Assembly: GCA_965198225.1 (NCBI GenBank)
Contig: CBDAOY010000008.1
Span: 32,001-96,000, forward strand
Length of the DNA stretch: 64,000 nt
Reading direction: 5' to 3'
Source: Terriglobia bacterium
Lineage (GTDB): Bacteria > Acidobacteriota > Terriglobia > 20CM-2-55-15
Below, piece by piece: positions 58,058 through 64,000 of the stretch. The first letter of the stretch is position 1, and each line of letters starts with the position of its first letter. The translations under genes were made by a program, and so were the position numbers. Under the pieces are notes generated by a model. That model was not told the origin of the DNA, did no database searches, and saw only the letters and a list, made by a program, of their open reading frames with translations.

Positions 58058-59577
58058 ATGTCGAACGATTCCTGGCGGGCCTGCAGTTTCCGCTGAAGCT
58101 CACCGGGGCCGCAGTTTCGGGTCTGCTCCTCGTCGCCTCCCTGCCCAAGCCGGACCTCTATCCCCTCGGCTGGATCGCCCTGCTGCCGCTGCTGTTGTTG
58201 ATCTCATCGGAGCAGACCGCCTTCGGCGCGTTCGCGATCGGCTACGCCGCGGGTATGGCCTACTATTCGGGCACCTTCTACTGGATCGCGGCGACGATGT
58301 CTACCTACGGCGGCCTGTCGCCGATCCTGTCCTTCGGTGTCTTCGCGCTCTTCGTGGTCGTCTTCTCGCTTCACACAGCCCTGTTCGCCGTCATGCTCCG
58401 ACTCCTCATCGGCAGGCTCGGCCCTTTCGGCCTGCTGCTGGCGGGGCCTGCGTGGGTCGGGGTAGAGTTGCTACAGACCTACCTGATCTTCGGGGGGTTT
58501 CCGTGGATGCTCGTCGGATACGCGCTCGCGCCCTATTTCGGTATTCTCCAGCTTGTGACCTGGACAGGAATCTATGGCCTGTCGTTCCTGCTGGTCTCCG
58601 TCAATGCCGCAGCTGCTTTGGCACTCTGGCGCCGGGATTGGAAAATCGGGGCCGCGGCAGCCGTGCCCGTGCTCTTCGCCCTGCTGGTTCCGGCACCGGA
58701 AAGTTCGACGCCATCGGAAGCTCTTTCCGTCCGACTCGTGCAGACCAACATCGACATCGACCAGTCCTGGCAGTCGGGGGACGCGGCCCGGCTTCTCGAC
58801 GAACTGCACGCAGTTTCGACCGCCAGGGGCCCGGGGCCGGACCTCCTCGTATGGCCGGAAACGCCGGCCCCTTTTTACCTCGGGCGAGATCCAGAGCTGC
58901 GGAAACGCACTGCAGCCATCGCCGGAAAATTGGACGCTCACTTCCTGCTCGGCTACATCGGTCACTCCGCAGAAGGAGTCTCCAACAGCGCCGGCCTGCT
59001 CTCGCCGGTTGGAGAACAGGTTTCGCGCTATGACAAGCTCCACCTGGTCCCGTTCGGCGAGTACGTTCCCTTCAGACGCCTGCTGTTCTTCGCCGAATCG
59101 CTGGTGCGAAACGTCGGAGATTTCTCCCCTGGTACCGAATACACGCTCAGCACCATAGATGGTCACAGGATATCGACGACGATCTGCTATGAAGATGTCT
59201 TTCCGGGTCTGATGCGGCAGTTCACCAAGAAAGGTGCCGAGGTGATCGTCAATATCACCAATGATGGATGGTTCGGGTCGACCTCGGCCCCCTATCAGCA
59301 CCTGCGAATGGCTAGGGTGCGGGCAGTCGAGAATCGTCGCTACCTGGTGAAGGCGACGAACACTGGCATCACGGCGATCATCGATCCATTCGGTCGGATT
59401 CTGTCACGGACGGAGTTGGGCGAAAGGACCACTCTTGAAGGGGAGGTCGGCTACCGTAACGATCTGACATTTTACGTCCGGTACGGCGACGTGTTCGCCT
59501 ATGTCATGGCGATGATGACTGCCGCGGCGCTGGTCGTCAGTGGCCGCAGGCCGTCGCGCCCGGCGGGTACGGACTGA
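58054..59577 (+). CDS. lnt: apolipoprotein N-acyltransferase
   Basis: GFPW, WPE, YDK.HLVPFGEY, ICYED, NITNDGWF, RAVE. Confidence 0.95.
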   Translation: MNVERFLAGLQFPLKLTGAAVSGLLLVASLPKPDLYPLGWIALLPLLLLISSEQTAFGAFAIGYAAGMAYYSGTFYWIAATMSTYGGLSPILSFGVFALFVVVFSLHTALFAVMLRLLIGRLGPFGLLLAGPAWVGVELLQTYLIFGGFPWMLVGYALAPYFGILQLVTWTGIYGLSFLLVSVNAAAALALWRRDWKIGAAAAVPVLFALLVPAPESSTPSEALSVRLVQTNIDIDQSWQSGDAARLLDELHAVSTARGPGPDLLVWPETPAPFYLGRDPELRKRTAAIAGKLDAHFLLGYIGHSAEGVSNSAGLLSPVGEQVSRYDKLHLVPFGEYVPFRRLLFFAESLVRNVGDFSPGTEYTLSTIDGHRISTTICYEDVFPGLMRQFTKKGAEVIVNITNDGWFGSTSAPYQHLRMARVRAVENRRYLVKATNTGITAIIDPFGRILSRTELGERTTLEGEVGYRNDLTFYVRYGDVFAYVMAMMTAAALVVSGRRPSRPAGTD

Positions 59578-59589
59578 GGAGATTTGCAG

Positions 59590-60697
59590 ATGAACGACGA
59601 ACTCGTAGAACAATTCGTACTCCTCAAGGACAGGAGCCACGAAGTACGGAGGTTTCTTTGACGTCTCGGGTAAACAGGAGCGGGTAGCGGACCTCGAGAA
59701 GCTGATAACGGCCCCGGACTTCTGGTCGGATCAGGAGCGCTCCAGCGAGGTGTTGCGCCAGAAAGCTCGCCTCGAAGAGAGCATCGAGATCGACCGCCTG
59801 ATCACCAGCCAGGTCTCCGACGCAGAAGCTCTCATCGAGCTGGCTCGGGAGGGGGAGGACATCGGCGAGGACCTGCCGCAGCTGTTGGGCGAGTTGGATG
59901 AGCTCGTCGACCGTGTCCAGTTCCAGATGCTGCTCGGCGGCGAAAACGACCGCCTGAATGCGATCGTCACGATCCACCCGGGCGCCGGGGGCACAGAAGC
60001 CCAGGACTGGGCTGCCATGCTCATGCGCATGTACATGCGTTGGGCGGAGAAGCAGGGCTACAAAACCCAGATACTGGACTATCAGGACGGTGACGAAGCG
60101 GGACTGAAATCGACGACTTTCACGGTCTCGGGCAACTACGCCTACGGCTACCTGTCGGCGGACACCGGGGTCCATCGGCTCGTTCGCATCTCTCCTTTCG
60201 ACGCCAACAAGCGCCGCCACACCTCATTCGCTTCGGTGTCCGTCTATCCGGAGATCGACGACAAGGTGGAGGTCGATATCGACGAGAAGGAGCTGAGGAT
60301 CGACACGTACCGTTCCAGCGGCGCCGGCGGTCAGCACGTCAACGTAACCGACTCGGCCGTTCGGATCACCCACATGCCGACCGGGATCGTCGTCCAATGC
60401 CAGAACGAGCGGTCACAGCACAAGAACCGCGACGTCGCGATGAAGATCCTTCGGGCCCGTCTCTACGAGCTCGAGATGGAGAAGAAGCGTGCCGAAGCCC
60501 AGGCCATCGAAGACACCAAGCTCGATATCGCCTGGGGAAGCCAGATCCGCTCCTACGTGCTTCAACCCTACCGCATGGTCAAGGACCATCGCACGAAAGT
60601 CGAAGTCGGCGATGTGGATCGTGTCCTGGACGGAGACCTGGAAGGCTTCATCAACGCATTCCTGGAGTGGAAGTCCGGTGCGGGGAGCAGGGAATAG
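59590..60697 (+). CDS. prfB: peptide chain release factor 2 with programmed +1 frameshift
   Basis: ATG 59590 runs to CTT-TGA-C (59656-59662) with an internal SD GGAGGT just upstream; SPF and GGQ motifs downstream. Confidence 0.96.
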
Positions 60698-60714
60698 TGG
60701 TCAGTGACCAGCAC

Positions 60715-60823
60715 CACCCCATCGGCTCATCCACCCGACTCCCCTCCTTGGATAAGGAGGGGTGGCTGCACCGCAGGTGCGGACGGGGTGGTTGATCAAC
60801 CGACTACTGACTACTGACTACTG
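60715..60823. repeat. intergenic hairpin repeat plus heptamer tandem (GACTACT)x3
   Basis: CCCCTCCTTGGATAAGGAGGGG palindrome; GACTACTGACTACTGACTACTG. Confidence 0.65.
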
Positions 60824-60840
60824 CCCCGAAGGGGCCCACC

Positions 60841-62928
60841 ATGCTGCAACTCGATTCGGATGTCCAGTTCGTCAAGGGTGTCGGCCCGAAACGAGCGGCA
60901 TTGCTCGGGTCCAAGGGGATCCACACGGTCACGGATCTGTTGCTTTGCTTCCCGCGGTGCTACCAGGATCGGGCGCACTTTGCGCCTTTGGACTCGCTCC
61001 AGCCTGGCGCAACCTACACCTGCCACGCCAAAGTGTACGGCGTCCACATGATTCCGACGCGTTCCCGTGGACGAATCATGGACGTCGTATTGACGGACGG
61101 CACCAGTTTCGTTCACGCCAAGTGGTTCAACGGGGACCATCTCTACCACAACAAGGTCTTCGTGCCGGGTCGCTCGGTGGTTTTTTTCGGTCGGGCGGAC
61201 ACCGACAATTACGATCACGGGCTCGTCTTCTTCAACCCGGAGTTCGAAGTCGTGCCGGACGCCGAAGATGTCAAGCCCGAGGACATGGGCCGGTACGTGG
61301 CCATCTACGCCGAAGGCGCCGGAATCACTTCCAGGCAGCTGCGCGGGATCATCGCGGCAGCTCTCGACGCGTTGTCCCCCCGTCTCCACGATCCGCTCCC
61401 GGCAGACATCCTCCGCCGCCACGGGTTTCCCGGGCTCCGTGTCGGTCTCGAACGCGTCCATCGTCCGACGCTCGAGGACGACATCGAGCAGCTGAACGCC
61501 CGGCGGTCACCCTACCATCGCCGTTTCATATTCGAGGAATTCCTCCTCGTCGAGCTCACAATAGCTCTGCGGCGTCACCGATTACGGGCAAGCGACGGGG
61601 TCCGTTTTCGAACGAGCGACAGTATTCGCGATCAACTCAAGAAAATCCTCCCGTTTCATCCCACTGCCGCGCAGAAGGGAGCCTTGAAGGAGATCGTTGA
61701 CGACCTGAAGGCTTCCTTTCCGATGAACCGGCTGCTTCAGGGCGATGTCGGGTGCGGCAAGACCATCGTGGCGTTCGAGGCGATCGTCATCGCTGTCGAG
61801 AACGGGTTTCAGGCGGTGATGATGGCGCCGACAGAGATCCTGGCCGAACAGCACCACATCAACGCCCGGCGCATCGTAGGTCCGCTGGGCTACTCCATCG
61901 GCCTCGTGAAGCGCACCCTCCGAAAGAGCGAGAAGAGCGAATTGCTCGAACGAATCCGCTCCGGGGAGATCCAGTTCGTAATCGGTACCCACGCTCTCCT
62001 GGAGGACGCGGCGGCGTTCGCCAGGCTTGGTCTGGTCATCGTCGACGAGCAGCATCGTTTCGGCGTGATGCAGCGGCTGCGCCTGATGGAGAAGGGTCAC
62101 CGCCCCAACACTCTCGTGATGACCGCCACGCCGATACCGAGAACGCTCGCGATGACCTATTACGGAGATTTGGATGCTTCCGTGATCGACGAGATGCCTC
62201 CCGGACGGACGCCGATCGAGACGACCCATGTCACCGAACGTTCCAGACAGAGCGTCTACCGCCTGCTTGGGGAGCAGACCGAGAGTGGGAAGCAGTGTTT
62301 CGTTGTTTACCCTCTGATTGAGGAGTCGGAGAAGCTCGATCTCCGTTCGGCGACCGAAGGTTGCGAGCGCCTGCGCCGGATCTTCCCAGAACGCCGGGTC
62401 GAACTGCTGCATGGCCGGATGAAGGGTGAAGAGAAGGAATCGATCATGGAGGATTTCGCGGCCGGCATGATCGACATGCTGGTGTCCACGACCGTCGTCG
62501 AGGTCGGGGTCGACGTCGCCAACGCCACCTTGATGCTGATAGAGCATGCGGAGAGATTCGGCATTGCCCAGCTCCACCAGCTTCGTGGGCGCGTCGGCAG
62601 GGGAAGCCACGCGTCGAAGTGTCTGTTGATCACCCCGAACAAGATTACCGACATCGCCCGTCAGAGGGTGGGCGCGGTTGCAGCAACCACCGATGGCTTC
62701 CGGCTTGCGGAGACGGACCTGCGAATTCGTGGCCCCGGCGAGCTTGCAGGGACGCGCCAGTCCGGCATTCCGGAGTTTCGTATCGCCGACCTTGTCGAGG
62801 ATGTCGACTTGCTTTCCCAGGCCAGGGACGAAGCGGAGCGGTGGGTAGAGGATGAAGAGAATCGCGACCGTCTGATCGAGGAACTCGGCCGGCGATGCGG
62901 CGCCGCCGGGCTCGCCACTGTCGGCTGA
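60841..62928 (+). CDS. recG: ATP-dependent DNA helicase RecG
   Basis: KGVGP, MNRLLQGDVGCGKT, APTEILAEQH, DEQHRFG, MTATPIPR, QLHQLRGRVGRG. Confidence 0.97.
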   Translation: MLQLDSDVQFVKGVGPKRAALLGSKGIHTVTDLLLCFPRCYQDRAHFAPLDSLQPGATYTCHAKVYGVHMIPTRSRGRIMDVVLTDGTSFVHAKWFNGDHLYHNKVFVPGRSVVFFGRADTDNYDHGLVFFNPEFEVVPDAEDVKPEDMGRYVAIYAEGAGITSRQLRGIIAAALDALSPRLHDPLPADILRRHGFPGLRVGLERVHRPTLEDDIEQLNARRSPYHRRFIFEEFLLVELTIALRRHRLRASDGVRFRTSDSIRDQLKKILPFHPTAAQKGALKEIVDDLKASFPMNRLLQGDVGCGKTIVAFEAIVIAVENGFQAVMMAPTEILAEQHHINARRIVGPLGYSIGLVKRTLRKSEKSELLERIRSGEIQFVIGTHALLEDAAAFARLGLVIVDEQHRFGVMQRLRLMEKGHRPNTLVMTATPIPRTLAMTYYGDLDASVIDEMPPGRTPIETTHVTERSRQSVYRLLGEQTESGKQCFVVYPLIEESEKLDLRSATEGCERLRRIFPERRVELLHGRMKGEEKESIMEDFAAGMIDMLVSTTVVEVGVDVANATLMLIEHAERFGIAQLHQLRGRVGRGSHASKCLLITPNKITDIARQRVGAVAATTDGFRLAETDLRIRGPGELAGTRQSGIPEFRIADLVEDVDLLSQARDEAERWVEDEENRDRLIEELGRRCGAAGLATVG

Positions 62929-62939
62929 GAAAGTCGTCC

Positions 62940-63500
62940 ATGCGGATCATCGCAGGTCAGTTCAGAAGTCGACGGTTGAGGGGCACTCCCCTGGAAGGTA
63001 TCCGGCCTACCAGCGACCGGCTTCGGGAAACGCTGTTTAACATTCTGAGCGATCGCGTAATAGAATCGGTATTTCTGGATGCGTACGCCGGAGTAGGCGG
63101 TGTCGGCCTGGAAGCGATAAGTCGCGGCGCATTGATGGTCTACTTCGTAGATCGGTCGACGAAGGCGTGTGGAATGATCCGATCGAACCTCGATACTCTG
63201 GCGGTTGAGGCCGGTTACAGAGTCCTCAATATGGATCTCGACGCCGCGGTTCGAACGTTTCGCGAGACGGACGTGCTATTCGACATTGCGTTCCTGGATC
63301 CACCGTACCATCGCGAGGACCTCTATGTCAGCGACCTCGAGAATTTTGGCTCCGGAACGTTACTCGCTTCCGACGGCCTGCTGATCGTGGAGCATTCCAG
63401 AAAAACGGATCTGCCCGAAGCTGTTGGCCGGATACGGAGAGTTCGGAATCTGAAGCAGGGAGACAGTGCGCTGACTTTCTACGCATCGGAGGGAGAGTGA
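62940..63500 (+). CDS. rsmD: 16S rRNA m2G966 methyltransferase
   Basis: MRIIAG, RPTSDR.RE.LFN, EAISRGA, DPPY. Confidence 0.95.
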   Translation: MRIIAGQFRSRRLRGTPLEGIRPTSDRLRETLFNILSDRVIESVFLDAYAGVGGVGLEAISRGALMVYFVDRSTKACGMIRSNLDTLAVEAGYRVLNMDLDAAVRTFRETDVLFDIAFLDPPYHREDLYVSDLENFGSGTLLASDGLLIVEHSRKTDLPEAVGRIRRVRNLKQGDSALTFYASEGE

Positions 63501-63985
63501 AGAGAACAACTGCGATCTATCCCGGCACTTTCGATCCTGTGACCAACGGTCACCTGGACATCATCGCGCGCAGCAGCAGGCTCTTCGGGAATATCGTCGT
63601 GGCGATCTTGATCAACCCTCAGAAGGACCCCATCTTCTCCGTCGAGGAGCGCCAGGAGTTGATCCGGCAGGCCATCGGTTCCGACACATCCAATGTCGAG
63701 GTCGACGTCTTTCAGGGCTTGTTGGTCAACTACGCAAAGAAGCGCAAGGCGAACGTGATCATAAGGGGAATCCGAGCCGTTTCCGACTATGAATACGAAC
63801 TCCAGATGGCCCTGATGAACCGCCGGCTGGAGCCCGAGATCGAGACCTTTTTCATGCTGCCCGCGGAGAGCTATTCATACCTGAGCTCAGGTTTGATCCG
63901 TGATGTGGCCGAGCATGGCGGTTCGATATCGGGTTTGGTCCCGGACGCCGTCGAGCGGAAACTGTTGGATAAGTTTGGGAAGTGA
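63497..63985 (+). CDS. coaD: phosphopantetheine adenylyltransferase
   Basis: IYPGTFDPVTNGHLDII, RGIRAVSDYEYE, LSS. Confidence 0.97.
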   Translation: MKRTTAIYPGTFDPVTNGHLDIIARSSRLFGNIVVAILINPQKDPIFSVEERQELIRQAIGSDTSNVEVDVFQGLLVNYAKKRKANVIIRGIRAVSDYEYELQMALMNRRLEPEIETFFMLPAESYSYLSSGLIRDVAEHGGSISGLVPDAVERKLLDKFGK

Positions 63986-64000
63986 CAAGTGTAGGTGCGG

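Noticed and set aside
59590-59662. prfB frameshift as a novelty or pseudogene
   Set aside because: Canonical programmed +1 frameshift (SD plus CTT TGA C)
1-64000. rRNA, tRNA or integron integrase genes
   Set aside because: No cloverleaf, rRNA signature or tyrosine-recombinase ORF was recognised by eye; a covariance search was not possible

Overview
GC-rich bacterial chromosome segment, probably Acidobacteriota (inferred from gene order and protein style, not a database result). The housekeeping backbone includes a Na+/solute symporter, HIT, PilZ, Fe-ADH, MmgE/PrpD, citryl-CoA lyase-like gene, rnhB, a divergent IlvD-like gene, a frameshifted nuoF, a DksA-like gene, ychF, the dcw cluster (mraZ to ftsZ), nfeD-SPFH-SPOR-lnt-prfB and recG-rsmD-coaD. 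Two accessory regions interrupt it. (1) 1-8300 is a decaying integron-type cassette array on the minus strand with no intI in the window. It has attC sites, two higBA cassettes and an IS91-like transposase remnant at its head. An intact IS110-family element sits inside one attC, and its 3' non-coding region carries short matches to both the attC target and its own end junction, as expected of a bridge/seek RNA. (2) 43081-53561 is an island bounded by IS5 copies at CTAG sites. It holds IS256, Tn3, IS1182 and IS1380 debris, a Cache-Cache-cytochrome P460-like fusion, and an ORF-less group II intron inserted in an attC-like GTTA|GAT core whose EBS1 loop pairs with that core. Intergenic regions are rich in GTAG-type REPs, MITEs and short tandem repeats.
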